The notes under the pieces: model-generated
Databases searched by the model: none
What the model was told of the DNA's origin: nothing
What the model saw: the letters and a program-made list of their open reading frames with translations, nothing else
Source of the DNA: Thermodesulfobacteriota bacterium
GTDB lineage: Bacteria; Desulfobacterota_D; UBA1144; Nemesobacterales; UBA2774
Length of the DNA stretch: 64,000 nt
NCBI GenBank assembly: GCA_040754335.1
Contig: JBFMCV010000003.1
Coordinates: forward strand, 47,356-111,355
Direction of reading: 5' to 3'
In this document: piece after piece, positions 40,540 to 51,118 of the stretch
Position numbering within the stretch: the first letter of the stretch is position 1
How the letters are laid out: each line of letters starts with the position of its first letter
Translations under genes and position numbers: made by a program

Positions 40540-42459
40540 ATGGATAAAAAACACACGCAGAGCATAATCGCGGGGTTGAGCGAGAAATCGTTTTCCGATC
40601 TCGAGCGTATCCTGAGCAGCCGTGAAATTCAGGCGGAGAGGGCCCGGAACGCGGAGGATTTCCTCGGGCACCTGAGAGAGAAGACATACGATGCGGCCGT
40701 CCTCGACACAACGTATATCGAATGCTCGATCCCCGAAATAATAACGCGCGTAAAATCGATTTCTCAGAATACTGAAATAATAATGATCACCGAGCCGGGA
40801 CTCGACGGCGGGCCGGCTTCGTCGAACCCGCTCGACAGCCTCGTGTACGGATATCTGGAAACACCCGCGAACATCAAATACGTCGCGACACTCGCCTTGA
40901 AAGCCCTCGAAAAACAGAAGCTCGTGAGATCATCGGCGGCGCAGAAAAAATCCGGGCAGAAAAGCGTCATAGAGACCGCGAAAAGCGGCGACGAGTCCGC
41001 ACAGAACCTCCTCCTTTCCACTTCGGTCAACAGTCTTAACTCCGCCGTTACGATCACCGACATGAACCGCAGCGTCATCTACATCAACAACGCCCACACG
41101 AGGACGTTTGGGTACAAGCCCGGGGAGCTAATAGGGAAGAAGAGCGATATCCTGTACCCGCTCGACGACCCCTCCGGCGTGAGCAGCAAGATTTACGAGG
41201 CCCTGGTCATGGTCGGCTGGGAGGGTGAAAGGCTCGCGCTCAGAAAGAACGGGGACGCGTTCCCCGTTTACGAAAAGACTTCCGCAATAAAGGACAAGGA
41301 CGGTCACCAGATAGGCATCGTGTCGGTGACAGACGACATTACGGCGAGAAAAAGGCTCCAGCAGGCGCTCAAAGAATCGGAGGAGCGCTACAGGAGCTTC
41401 GTGGAGACAGCCAAGAGCGCAATTATCGCGGTCGACGGAGAGGGAAAGATAATCCTCTTCAATCCAGCCGCGGAGAAAATATTCGGATATCCCAAAGAGG
41501 AGATTGTTAACAAGGACTTCAGGCGTCTCTTCCCGGAGCGGTACAAGGATGTAATACGGGCCGATCTCGGCAAGGGCGGAAGCGGCGGGTTCACGAACCT
41601 CAAACAATCCACGTCCGAGATTACGGGCCTAAATAAAAGCGGCGATGAGTTTCCGGCCGAGATCTCTCTGTCGGCGTGCAGGGTCGAAGGGAGACCGATC
41701 CTGACTGCGATCATATTCGATATTACGGAGAGGAAAAATTTACAGGAGCAGTTACTCCAGTCAGCGAAGCTCGCTGCGCTCGGCGAGCTGATATCGGGCG
41801 TGACCCACGAGGTGAACAACCCGCTTGCGGTCGTGATCGGATACTCCGAAATGCTCCTCTCGGAGCCCGACCTCGGCAGCGAATCGAGGGAAGCCATCAA
41901 AGCCGTACACGCCGAGGCGGAAAGGGCCAAGAAAGTGATACAGAATATGCTTTCCTTCGCCCGGAAGCACAATCCCGAAAAAGAGGTCATACAGGTAAAC
42001 GACGTTCTGGAGAAGACGCTCGGCCTTACGGACTATGAACTTAGAAAACACGCCGTGACGGTGGTAAAGGACCTCGACCCGGACCTCCCCGAAACGGTCG
42101 GCGACCCGAACCAGCTTCAGCAGGTGTTCCTCAACCTTATAATTAATTCACAGCAGGCCATGTCGGAGGTAAACGATGCGAGACAGCTCACGATAAGGAG
42201 CAGGCTCAAGGAAAACGAGGGCGCCGGGAACGGCACGAGGAACGTCATAGAGATCGCATTCGAGGACAACGGCCCCGGAATATCGGCCGCGAGCATCAAT
42301 AAGATCTTCGACCCTTTCTATACGACAAAACCGAAGGGCAAAGGCACGGGCCTCGGGCTCTCGGTGTCTTTCGGCATAATTAAAGAGCACGGCGGGGAAA
42401 TCTTCGTCAGGCCGAACGAGGGGAAAGGGGTCACGTTCTTCGTCGAGCTGCCGGCCTGA
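40540..42459 (+). CDS. PAS-PAS sensor histidine kinase with degenerate N-terminal receiver-like region
   Basis: Two PAS-like segments. H-box (ISGVTHEVNNPLAV), then N, G1 and G2 boxes (NLIINSQQAM, DNGPGI, GTGLGLS). Confidence 0.8.
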   Translation: MDKKHTQSIIAGLSEKSFSDLERILSSREIQAERARNAEDFLGHLREKTYDAAVLDTTYIECSIPEIITRVKSISQNTEIIMITEPGLDGGPASSNPLDSLVYGYLETPANIKYVATLALKALEKQKLVRSSAAQKKSGQKSVIETAKSGDESAQNLLLSTSVNSLNSAVTITDMNRSVIYINNAHTRTFGYKPGELIGKKSDILYPLDDPSGVSSKIYEALVMVGWEGERLALRKNGDAFPVYEKTSAIKDKDGHQIGIVSVTDDITARKRLQQALKESEERYRSFVETAKSAIIAVDGEGKIILFNPAAEKIFGYPKEEIVNKDFRRLFPERYKDVIRADLGKGGSGGFTNLKQSTSEITGLNKSGDEFPAEISLSACRVEGRPILTAIIFDITERKNLQEQLLQSAKLAALGELISGVTHEVNNPLAVVIGYSEMLLSEPDLGSESREAIKAVHAEAERAKKVIQNMLSFARKHNPEKEVIQVNDVLEKTLGLTDYELRKHAVTVVKDLDPDLPETVGDPNQLQQVFLNLIINSQQAMSEVNDARQLTIRSRLKENEGAGNGTRNVIEIAFEDNGPGISAASINKIFDPFYTTKPKGKGTGLGLSVSFGIIKEHGGEIFVRPNEGKGVTFFVELPA

Positions 42460-42508
42460 CCGTTATTCCCGGATCTCTTACAAAATATCTATTTTATAAA
42501 CCAGACTT

Positions 42509-43795
42509 TTAGGGAGTAATTCTCTCGACGCCGCCCATGTATGGTATGAGCTCTCTCGGTATCGTCACGGAGCCGTCCTCATCCTGGAAATTCTCGAGTA
42601 TGGCGATGACCGTCCTTCCGACCGCAAGGCCTGAGCCGTTTAAGGTATGTACGAGTCTCGGTTTGCCCCCTCCCGCCTGACGGTACCTGATGGACGCCCT
42701 CCTCGCCTGAAAGTCCTCGAAGTTGCTGCATGAGGAAATCTCCCTGTACGTGTTCTCGCTCGGCACCCATACCTCGATGTCGTAAGTCTTCGCAGAAGAG
42801 AACCCCGTGTCCCCCGTGCAGAGCACGACCACGCGGTAAGGCAGCCCGAGGAGCTCGAGTATGCGGCACGCGTTCGCTGTGAGAGACTCGAGCTCGTCGT
42901 ATGAGCTCCCGGGTTCAGCGAACTTCACGAGCTCGACCTTGTTGAACTGGTGCTGCCTGATTATGCCCCTTACGTCCTTTCCGTATGAGCCCGCCTCGCT
43001 CCTGAAGCACGGAGTATAGGCGACGTATTTTACAGGCAGCAGGTCCCCGTCCAGTATCTCGTCCCTGTGTATGTTGGTCACGGGGACTTCGGCGGTAGGC
43101 ACGAGGTAATAATCCGTACCTTCGACCTTGAAGAGGTCGGCTGCGAACTTGGGGAGGTTCCCGGTGCCGATGAAGCTGTCGCTGTTCGCCATGAAAGGCG
43201 GGAGCACTTCTTTATATCCGTGCTCCTTCGTATGTATATCGAGCATGAAATTTATTAGAGCCCTTTCGAGCCTCGCCCCCAGGCCCTTATAAAGCGCGAA
43301 CCGGGCGCCCGTGATCTTTGCCGCCCTGTCGAGGTCGATTATATCGAGAACCTTGCCGATCTCCACATGGTCCCTGGGCTCAAAGCCGAATACCCTGGGT
43401 TCCCCCCACCTTCTCACTTCCCTGTTATCGGACGAGTCCCTGCCTACAGGCACCGATTCGTGGGGCAAGTTAGGTACGCCTAGGAGGAAGTCCCTGAGAC
43501 CGTTATCCGCCTTCGTCCTCTCGGCTCCGAGCTCCTTTATCCTGTCCGAGAGCGCTTTGAGCTCCGCCTGGAGCTTGTTCGCCGCACCCTGATCCCCCTC
43601 ACGCTTCAGCTCCGCCACCCTCTTCGAGCCCACGTTCCTTTGATGCTCGAGCTCCTCTACTTTTTTTATTACATTCCGCCGTTCCTGATCGAGAGCCCCG
43701 AATCTCGCGGAATCGAAATCGAAGCCGCGGTCTTTCAGCCTGGCCGCTACTTTTTCGAGATTTTCTTCTACGTATTTGGAATCGATCATTATCAC
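42509..43795 (-). CDS. serS: Seryl-tRNA synthetase
   Basis: N-terminal coiled-coil arm plus class II core motifs (…[25 protein letters not shown]…). Confidence 0.9.
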   Translation of the reverse strand: MIMIDSKYVEENLEKVAARLKDRGFDFDSARFGALDQERRNVIKKVEELEHQRNVGSKRVAELKREGDQGAANKLQAELKALSDRIKELGAERTKADNGLRDFLLGVPNLPHESVPVGRDSSDNREVRRWGEPRVFGFEPRDHVEIGKVLDIIDLDRAAKITGARFALYKGLGARLERALINFMLDIHTKEHGYKEVLPPFMANSDSFIGTGNLPKFAADLFKVEGTDYYLVPTAEVPVTNIHRDEILDGDLLPVKYVAYTPCFRSEAGSYGKDVRGIIRQHQFNKVELVKFAEPGSSYDELESLTANACRILELLGLPYRVVVLCTGDTGFSSAKTYDIEVWVPSENTYREISSCSNFEDFQARRASIRYRQAGGGKPRLVHTLNGSGLAVGRTVIAILENFQDEDGSVTIPRELIPYMGGVERITP

Positions 43796-43969
43796 TATGT
43801 CCTTCAGCTTTGTATTTATTATTAAACCCGCCCTTCCGATAAAACCTCAGTCACACCGGGCAAGGCAACTTATTCTCACCGCACTCTTATGCGGGAAGCC
43901 CCTCTTATCTCCATCTCTTCGTTATCAAGGCCGGAACATAACTACTTGCGATTCCGCGGGAATTTCATG

Positions 43970-44389
43970 CTAAATATCGAATATTATTTCGGCCATAAAT
44001 CTATCATTCACTCTTTGTATTTTCAAATTGTGATAGGTGGCCGCTTTGATGTCGAGCTGGAGCTCGTGCCTTCCGGGGTCGATCTTCTCTCCCTTGAGCT
44101 TCGCTTTCAGCCTGTAACCGTCCGCAAGCTTAATATCCGCTTCGCAGAAAACCATCTTCCGGACCTTGTGGAGATAAAGTATCTCGCTCAGCATTTTTAT
44201 AAGAAGCTCCTCCCCGGTCTCCGCCTCCGCCTCAAACACCGCCTCCTCGGCGGGTCTTACCGACTCCGGCACAGTAATGAGAGACATGAGGGCGAGAGCG
44301 GCATTCTTTAATAGTTCCGCCATATCCCCTCCGGAGACCCGGACCCCGATATCGGCCGTATGCTCGAAAACTTCAAAGCTCATTCTCAA
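43970..44389 (-). CDS. Archease
   Basis: N-terminal FEVFEHTADIGVRV, characteristic of the archease family. About 139 aa. Confidence 0.65.
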   Translation of the reverse strand: MRMSFEVFEHTADIGVRVSGGDMAELLKNAALALMSLITVPESVRPAEEAVFEAEAETGEELLIKMLSEILYLHKVRKMVFCEADIKLADGYRLKAKLKGEKIDPGRHELQLDIKAATYHNLKIQRVNDRFMAEIIFDI

Positions 44390-44493
44390 CTATTCTATCA
44401 CGGTTTAACGACCCTGATTAACCCTGTTTGCCATCGGAACCCGGTTGCGGTTACTATTATCTGGAGACATCATAAGGAGGTCGGAGGAAAAAC

Positions 44494-45213
44494 ATGGCAA
44501 AGCTCAACAAAGGCTTCGAACTTACGTACATGGGTCACTCGACATTCACGCTTAAGACCCCTGGGGGGAAGTCGATACTCATGGACCCGTGGGTGGCGAA
44601 CAACCCCGCCTGCCCGGAGGGGCTCAAGAAAGTGACTAAACTCGACATCATGGCCGTAACGCATGCCCATTTCGATCATATAGGCGACGGGGCCGCAATA
44701 GGAAGGGAGCTTCAGCCGAAGGTAGTGGGAATATACGAGACCTGCGCGTGGCTCAATTCCAAGGGCGTGGAAAGAATAATGCCCATGAACAAAGGCGGCA
44801 CCCAGGAAGTCGACGGTATCAAATTCACGATGGTTCACGCAGACCACAGCTGCGGCATTCAGGACGAGGACGGCTCCATAATCTACGGCGGCGAAGCTGT
44901 CGGATACATAATAGAGCTCGAAAACGGGTTCAGGATATATAACGCGGGTGACACGGCCGTGTTCGGCGACATGAAGCTGATCGCGGAGATATACAAGCCG
45001 GACCTGGCGATGCTCCCCATAGGGGATCTTTTCACGATGTCTCCGGTCGAAGCCTCCTATGCGTGCAGGTTCTTATCCGCCAAATACGTCGTGCCGATGC
45101 ACCACGGGACGTTCCCGGCGCTTACAGGCACGCCCGCCATGCTTAAAGAGCTCACTAAAGACATAAAGGGTATGGAGATCATCGCCCCGAAGCCGGGAGA
45201 GACGGTAAGTTAG
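44494..45213 (+). CDS. MBL-fold metal-dependent hydrolase (UPF0173-like)
   Basis: HSTF...DPW...THAHFDHIGD motif. 239 aa. Confidence 0.65.
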   Translation: MAKLNKGFELTYMGHSTFTLKTPGGKSILMDPWVANNPACPEGLKKVTKLDIMAVTHAHFDHIGDGAAIGRELQPKVVGIYETCAWLNSKGVERIMPMNKGGTQEVDGIKFTMVHADHSCGIQDEDGSIIYGGEAVGYIIELENGFRIYNAGDTAVFGDMKLIAEIYKPDLAMLPIGDLFTMSPVEASYACRFLSAKYVVPMHHGTFPALTGTPAMLKELTKDIKGMEIIAPKPGETVS

Positions 45214-45269
45214 GTTATTTTCGGGTTATTGCTTCTTAAACTTGTCGGATGGATTGATGGGGAGGGGTT

Positions 45270-46505
45270 ATGCGCAGATTACATCGAATTATTCTCCTGG
45301 GTTTTTTCATTCCGGTGCTCATCGCATCGTGCGATTCGGCGGGCACGGGAGACGATGACGGGGGAGGAGGAGGCGGTGGCGGCGGCAGGGACGCGACGTT
45401 CGTTCTCGCAGATGCGTTCCCGGGCGTGACGTTCGAGAGCCCCGTCGATCTCCAGAACGCGGGCGACGGGACAGGACGGCTGTTCGTCGTCGAGCAGAGG
45501 GGGGTCATAATGGCTGTTACTCCGCTGTCAGCAGCATCTGCTGCCGAATTTCCCGAGGAGAACGGCACGAGGCAGGAAGAGGTCAATGTCTTCCTCGACA
45601 TACGGAACAGGGTCTTGTTCGACGAAGGGGAAAGGGGTCTCCTGGGTCTGGCCTTCCACCCCGACTTTGAAAGCAACGGATTCTTCTACGTAAACTACAA
45701 CGCAGACAGCCCGAACAGGACCGTAATATCCCGATTCAGCGTGAGGGAGGACGATCCCGGAAGCGCCGATCCCGACAGCGAGCTGATAATACTCGAATTC
45801 AATCAGCCTTCCGCAAACCATAAGGGGGGGCAGCTCGCTTTCGGGCCTGAGGACGGGTTTCTCTACATAGCTGTCGGGGACGGCGGCGCCGGGGGGGAGC
45901 CGGCGCAGGACCTGACCAGCCTTCTGGGCTCCATTCTCCGTATAGACGTCGACAACCCCAGTGACGGAAAGAATTACGGCATACCGCCCGGAAACCCGTT
46001 CGCGGGAAACGGCTCCGGGTTTAGGGAAGAGATTTTCGCCTATGGTTTCCGCAATCCCTGGAGGTTCGGTTTCGACGAATCGAACGGCAGGCTCTTTGTA
46101 GGGGACGTGGGACAGGACAGCCGCGAGGAAATCGACGTGGTCGAGAACGGAAAGAATTACGGTTGGGATATTATGGAAGGGAGTCTCTGTTTCAACCCCC
46201 CGTTGGGCTGCGATACGTCCGGGCTCGAGCTTCCGATCCACGAATACGGAAGGGACGAGGGCGGCACGATAATAGGGGGGCCGGTTTACAGGGGCGGCAT
46301 ACCCGAGCTCTTCGGGAAGCTGATATACGGCGACTTCCTCTCGGGCACAATCTGGGCCCTCGTATATAACGGCACGAGCGTAACCGAGAACAGGGAGATA
46401 GTCGATACCGATGATTTCACGCTATCCGCATTCGGGCGCGACGAGGAGGGGGAGATATACGCCTGCTCACTCGACGGGATAATTTACAGGCTCGTCAAGG
46501 AATGA
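45270..46505 (+). CDS. Lipoprotein, PQQ-dependent sugar (glucose/sorbosone) dehydrogenase-like beta-propeller
   Basis: Lipobox LIASC and a Gly-rich linker. HKGGQLAFGPEDGFLYIAVGDGG and GDVGQD motifs of the soluble quinoprotein sugar dehydrogenase family. Confidence 0.7.
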   Translation: MRRLHRIILLGFFIPVLIASCDSAGTGDDDGGGGGGGGGRDATFVLADAFPGVTFESPVDLQNAGDGTGRLFVVEQRGVIMAVTPLSAASAAEFPEENGTRQEEVNVFLDIRNRVLFDEGERGLLGLAFHPDFESNGFFYVNYNADSPNRTVISRFSVREDDPGSADPDSELIILEFNQPSANHKGGQLAFGPEDGFLYIAVGDGGAGGEPAQDLTSLLGSILRIDVDNPSDGKNYGIPPGNPFAGNGSGFREEIFAYGFRNPWRFGFDESNGRLFVGDVGQDSREEIDVVENGKNYGWDIMEGSLCFNPPLGCDTSGLELPIHEYGRDEGGTIIGGPVYRGGIPELFGKLIYGDFLSGTIWALVYNGTSVTENREIVDTDDFTLSAFGRDEEGEIYACSLDGIIYRLVKE

Positions 46506-46753
46506 GTCCGGGCCCGAAGGGCGGTCACCGAATTAATTAATAATTATCCTTCAGACCTGATTTACAGCCTGCGCCTTTCCGCTCCATGCGCCGTAGCCCG
46601 TTGTCAAATTGTCCGATACACCAAATATTCAAGTAACTAGGTAAGTTACGAAGACGATAAATTGACAAGGACTCCTAAATATGCTATTAATAATGGCTTC
46701 CCCTTTTTAACAGCGGAATTGCGTCTTCCGAAAGGTCAAGTTTGTGAAAGGTC

Positions 46754-48088
46754 ATGTTTGAAGGAATATCTGAAAAATTAAATTCCACTCTTAAGCGGGT
46801 AAGGGGCTACGGGAAGCTGAGCGAGAGTAATGTTCAGGACGCTCTCCGGGAGGTGCGTCTCAGCCTCCTCGAAGCCGATGTGAATTTCAAGGTGGTAAGG
46901 GAATTCGTCGAGTCCGTCAAGAGCCGCTCCTTGGGCCAGGAAGTGATGGGGAGCCTTTCGCCGGGCCAGCAGTTCGTAAAGATCGTGCACGAGGAGCTTA
47001 TAAAAGTTCTCGGCGATGAGAGCTCGGAGCTCGATCTCAAGTCATCGCCCCCCGTCGCGATAATGCTCGTGGGGCTTCAGGGGTCGGGAAAAACCACCTC
47101 CGCTTCGAAGCTCGCCAAGTACCTCAAGGAAACGCTGAAAAGGAACCCCTATCTCGTACCCGCAGACGTTTACAGGCCTGCGGCCATAGACCAGCTGAAG
47201 GTGCTCGCAAAGCAGGTAGGAGCGGGCATATACGATACGAAACCGGGCGAGGAGCCTTTGGAAATTTGCAAAAACGCACTGGGGGAAGCCAAGCTCGGAG
47301 GCTACGATACATTAATAATCGACACGGCGGGCAGGCTCCACATCGACGAAGAGCTCATGGATGAGCTCAAGACAATAAAACAAGAGCTTAACCCGCACCA
47401 GGTGCTCCTCGTCGCCGACGCGATGACGGGGCAGGATGCGGTGAACGTTTCATCGAGCTTCAACGAGGCGCTCGACATCGACGGCGTCGTGCTCACGAAG
47501 ATGGACGGTGACGCCAGGGGCGGCGCCGCGCTCTCGATAAAGTCGGTAACCGGAAAGCCCATCAAGTTCTTCGGCACGGGCGAGAAGCTGGAAGCGCTCG
47601 AGGTATTCCATCCGGACAGGATAGCGTCGCGCATACTGGGGATGGGTGACGTCCTTACTCTTATAGAAAAAGCCCAGGCTGCATTCGAAGACAAGCAAGC
47701 CGAAGAAATGGCGAGAAAGCTGCTGAAAAAACAGTTTTCCCTGGCCGATTTCAGGGACGCCATGCTCGCGATGCGAAAGCTCGGCTCTCTCGACAGCATG
47801 ACTCAGATGATCCCGGGCATGAAACAGATCGCGAATAACCCACGCGCACTGGACATGGCCGAAAAAGAGATAAAAAAAACGATCGCGATAGTAAACTCGA
47901 TGACCGAATCGGAAAGGTCCGATCATACCCTTTTAAACAGCAGCAGGCGGAAGAGGATCGCGCTCGGGAGCGGAACCAAGGTCGAAGATATTAACCGGAT
48001 GATAAAGAATTATATGCAGATGAAAAATATGATGAAGAATATGGGGAAAATGGGCAAAATTGCAAAAAGAATGATGAAATTTACGTAG
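46754..48088 (+). CDS. ffh: Signal recognition particle protein Ffh
   Basis: MFEGISEKLNSTLKR...; GLQGSGKTT; a C-terminal Met-rich M domain. Confidence 0.9.
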   Translation: MFEGISEKLNSTLKRVRGYGKLSESNVQDALREVRLSLLEADVNFKVVREFVESVKSRSLGQEVMGSLSPGQQFVKIVHEELIKVLGDESSELDLKSSPPVAIMLVGLQGSGKTTSASKLAKYLKETLKRNPYLVPADVYRPAAIDQLKVLAKQVGAGIYDTKPGEEPLEICKNALGEAKLGGYDTLIIDTAGRLHIDEELMDELKTIKQELNPHQVLLVADAMTGQDAVNVSSSFNEALDIDGVVLTKMDGDARGGAALSIKSVTGKPIKFFGTGEKLEALEVFHPDRIASRILGMGDVLTLIEKAQAAFEDKQAEEMARKLLKKQFSLADFRDAMLAMRKLGSLDSMTQMIPGMKQIANNPRALDMAEKEIKKTIAIVNSMTESERSDHTLLNSSRRKRIALGSGTKVEDINRMIKNYMQMKNMMKNMGKMGKIAKRMMKFT

Positions 48089-48147
48089 CTACTTAATATT
48101 TTGAGTGAATTTTATTACAATAGAGTATATAAGGAGGTAACAGTATT

Positions 48148-48381
48148 TTGGTTAAGATCAGGCTTATGAGGATCGGGTCGAAGAAAAACCCTTTCTACAG
48201 GATCGTGGCGACGGATTCGCGCTCACCTCGTGATGGTAAATTCCTTGAGATACTGGGTCATTACGATCCGCGAAAGAAACCCCATCATGTAGAGATAAAC
48301 ACGGACAGGGTCAGAGACTGGATAAGTAAAGGGGCGAAGCCGACCGTGAGGGTAGAAAAACTAATATCTGAGCTGAACTAG
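48148..48381 (+). CDS. rpsP: 30S ribosomal protein S16 (TTG start)
   Basis: VKIRLMRIGSKKNPFYRIVATDSR...; AAGGAGG upstream. Confidence 0.85.
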   Translation: MVKIRLMRIGSKKNPFYRIVATDSRSPRDGKFLEILGHYDPRKKPHHVEINTDRVRDWISKGAKPTVRVEKLISELN

Positions 48382-48447
48382 ATTGGAGACGGGAATGATA
48401 TCGGGATAGAAATCGCTTAACGGGTATCGTCATACAACGCAGGGGAG

Positions 48448-48696
48448 GTGCATGTTATGGAGAAGCTTAATGAGCTTGTGGCTTTCATTGCGAAATCTCT
48501 GGTTGATAGTCCTGAAAGGGTTGAGGTTCGTGAAGTAGCCGGGGAACAGACAGCTGTTCTCGAATTGAAGGTGGCGCCTGAAGATCTCGGGAAAATTATA
48601 GGGAAACAGGGCAAGACAGCTAAAGCTATAAGGACGATCCTCGGCGCCGCCGCTGCCAAAATGAAAAAAAGGGCGGTACTGGAAATCCTGGAATAA
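48448..48696 (+). CDS. KH-domain RNA-binding protein (YlqC-like)
   Basis: [21 protein letters not shown] motif. Conserved position between rpsP and rimM. Confidence 0.8.
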   Translation: MHVMEKLNELVAFIAKSLVDSPERVEVREVAGEQTAVLELKVAPEDLGKIIGKQGKTAKAIRTILGAAAAKMKKRAVLEILE

Positions 48697-48715
48697 TTTT
48701 CACCCGTCAGTAGAT

Positions 48716-49231
48716 ATGGGGCTTATCTTATATGGCAAGATTACCAAAGCTCACGGTTTATCAGGGCGATTAAAGCTCTTGCCGTTCAGCCGTCAGATCG
48801 AAAGTCTCAATTCGATTGAGAGAATCTTCATAGAGACCGCCGGGGGTGAGGAGCCGGCCGGGTTCGGGCTCAAGGACTGGAGGTTCGACAAAGGCTCCGC
48901 GATCATCAGGCTCGAGGGTATAGACACGATCGATGATGCGGAGAAGCTTGCGGGGCGGAGCGTATACATCGACAGGTCGGAGCTGCCGGGGCTCGAGGAA
49001 GGCGAGTTCTACTGGTTCGAGCTCATAGGGCTCGAAACCTATACCGAAGACGGACGATATGTGGGAAGGGTCGAGAATTTGATAGACAGGGCCCTCCAGA
49101 GCGTCCTCGTCGTCAAAGACGGCCGGAAAGAAGCGCTCATACCGCTTTCTGAACCCATAATCAAGGAAATAAACCTGAAGGAATCGAAAATAATAATCTC
49201 CCCTGTAGAAGGATTACTCGCGGGGGAGTGA
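48716..49231 (+). CDS. rimM: Ribosome maturation factor RimM
   Basis: GKITKAHGLSGRLKL...PRC barrel. Conserved gene order. Confidence 0.85.
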   Translation: MGLILYGKITKAHGLSGRLKLLPFSRQIESLNSIERIFIETAGGEEPAGFGLKDWRFDKGSAIIRLEGIDTIDDAEKLAGRSVYIDRSELPGLEEGEFYWFELIGLETYTEDGRYVGRVENLIDRALQSVLVVKDGRKEALIPLSEPIIKEINLKESKIIISPVEGLLAGE

Positions 49232-49261
49232 CCGGAACACATCACCCGAGAGTCATAAATC

Positions 49262-50560
49262 ATGAAATTCGACATTCTTACAATATTCCCGGAATTCTTC
49301 GAATCCCCTTTTTCCCTGGGACTTTTTCAAAAGGCGAGGGAGAGGAATATAGTCGAGCTCAATGCGCACGACATCAGGGATTATACGGAGGACAAGCACA
49401 GGACCGTCGACGACGCGCCATACGGAGGCGGAGGCGGAATGCTCATGAAACCCGGACCTATAGGCCGTGCGATAGAGCGCATAAAGAACGCGGACTCGAA
49501 TTCTCTCGTTATAATGACGACGCCAGGCGGCGAGATATTCTCCGACGAGACCGCGCGCGAGCTCTCGGGCTACGATCAGCTCGTCATCGTTTGCGGGAGA
49601 TACGAGGGTATCGATGAAAGGGTAAGGGAGCTGTACGTCGACAGGGAGATTTCGATAGGAGATTACGTCCTTTCAGGCGGGGAGCATGCGGCGGCCGTGA
49701 TCGTGGACAGCGTTTCGAGATTCATTCCCGGGTTCCTCGGGAACGTACAGTCGCCGGAAAGCGACTCGTTTAAGGAATGGCTCCTTGAATACCCCCAGTA
49801 CACGAGGCCCGAGGATTATATGGGCCGCAAGGTTCCTGACGTGCTCCTCTCGGGCAACCACCAGGAAATCGGGGAGTGGAGGAGAAAGGAAAGCATAAAG
49901 AGGACTTACCTCGGGAGACCCGAGCTCCTCGACAGGGCGAGGCTGACACTCCACGATATAAGTACCATCAACGATTTGAAAAAGACCGAACGCCCCAATT
50001 TTAAAGCGTATATTGCATTAGTGCATTATCCCGTATACAATAATCGGCTCGCGATCATAACCACGGCGTTCACGAACCTGGACGTCCACGACATTTCCAG
50101 GGCAGGTAAAACTTACGGGATCGAGAAATTTTATCTCGTTCAGCCCAACAGCGAGCAGCAGAAGCTGGTCGAGCGGGTGATCAGGCACTGGACAGAGGGC
50201 GAGGGGCCCGGGCTCAACAGGTCGAGGACGGAAGCGCTCGAATTCGTGGCAGTGATGGACACGCTCGCGGACGCGGTAAAGGACATAGAGAAAGTCGAGG
50301 GCAGGATGCCTAAACTGGTCGTCACGGACGCACGCCCCCGGGACAATATGATTGGTTACGGCGAGCTCAGGGAAATTATGACTGAAAGCAACGATCCGTT
50401 TTTGCTTATATTCGGGACCGGCTGGGGACTCTCGGAGGAGATAATGGAAGCAGCCGATTACACGCTCAAGCCCGTCAGCGGATATACCGGGTATAACCAC
50501 CTTTCCGTGAGATCGGCCGCGGCAATCATCCTCGACAGGCTATTTTCATGTACAATATGA
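49262..50560 (+). CDS. trmD: tRNA (guanine37-N1)-methyltransferase TrmD fused to a ~190-aa C-terminal domain with SpoU/TrmH-like SPOUT motifs
   Basis: First ~240 aa are canonical TrmD (MKFDILTIFPEFF..., GGGGM, VIVCGRYEGIDER). The C-terminal extension has LIFGTGWGLSEE and LSVRSAAAIILDRL, which resemble SPOUT motifs II and III. Confidence 0.75.
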   Translation: MKFDILTIFPEFFESPFSLGLFQKARERNIVELNAHDIRDYTEDKHRTVDDAPYGGGGGMLMKPGPIGRAIERIKNADSNSLVIMTTPGGEIFSDETARELSGYDQLVIVCGRYEGIDERVRELYVDREISIGDYVLSGGEHAAAVIVDSVSRFIPGFLGNVQSPESDSFKEWLLEYPQYTRPEDYMGRKVPDVLLSGNHQEIGEWRRKESIKRTYLGRPELLDRARLTLHDISTINDLKKTERPNFKAYIALVHYPVYNNRLAIITTAFTNLDVHDISRAGKTYGIEKFYLVQPNSEQQKLVERVIRHWTEGEGPGLNRSRTEALEFVAVMDTLADAVKDIEKVEGRMPKLVVTDARPRDNMIGYGELREIMTESNDPFLLIFGTGWGLSEEIMEAADYTLKPVSGYTGYNHLSVRSAAAIILDRLFSCTI

Positions 50561-50575
50561 GACAGGAGAAGTAAG

Positions 50576-51025
50576 ATGAACGTAATAATTGAACTCGAAA
50601 AATCCATGATGAGGTCGAACCTCCCGGACTTCCGCTCAGGCGACACAATCGCTGTACACTATAAAATCAAAGAGGGCGACAGAGAAAGGATACAGATATT
50701 CGAAGGCGTCGTCATAGCCAAAAAGGGCGGAGGCGTCCGCGAGACCTTCATAGTGAGAAAGGTTTCATACGGGGTCGGAGTAGAGAGGATATTCCCGCTT
50801 CATTCGCCGCTCATCGACAAGATAGAGGTCAAGAAGAAGGGCAAGGTAAGGAAGGCCAAGCTCTACTACCTGAGGGGGCGCTCCAAGAAAGCGAGCAGGA
50901 TCAAGGAAAGATCGAGATACGAGCAGATGATTCAGGGGAACGGCGAGGCGCAGCCGCCTGCCGAAACCGGAGTCATGACCGAGTCCGAAACGGCCGCCGC
51001 TGAAAACAATACCCCAGCCGAGTAA
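50576..51025 (+). CDS. rplS: 50S ribosomal protein L19 with ~35-aa C-terminal extension
   Basis: [33 protein letters not shown]... Confidence 0.9.
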   Translation: MNVIIELEKSMMRSNLPDFRSGDTIAVHYKIKEGDRERIQIFEGVVIAKKGGGVRETFIVRKVSYGVGVERIFPLHSPLIDKIEVKKKGKVRKAKLYYLRGRSKKASRIKERSRYEQMIQGNGEAQPPAETGVMTESETAAAENNTPAE

Positions 51026-51118
51026 TTACAAGGCCGAGCGAATACAAAAAAGGGCAGGTCCCGAAAAAGGAAGCGAGTCCGGCCGAGGCTCGAGCCCGGC
51101 CGGTCATTCAAAGCTTGT

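Noticed and set aside
45330-45380. GGGGGAGGAGGAGGCGGTGGCGGCGGCAGG purine-rich tract, considered as a DNA repeat
   Set aside because: It is in frame within the lipoprotein gene and encodes a poly-Gly linker (DDDGGGGGGGGGRD) between lipobox and propeller. It is coding low complexity, not a mobile or CRISPR repeat.
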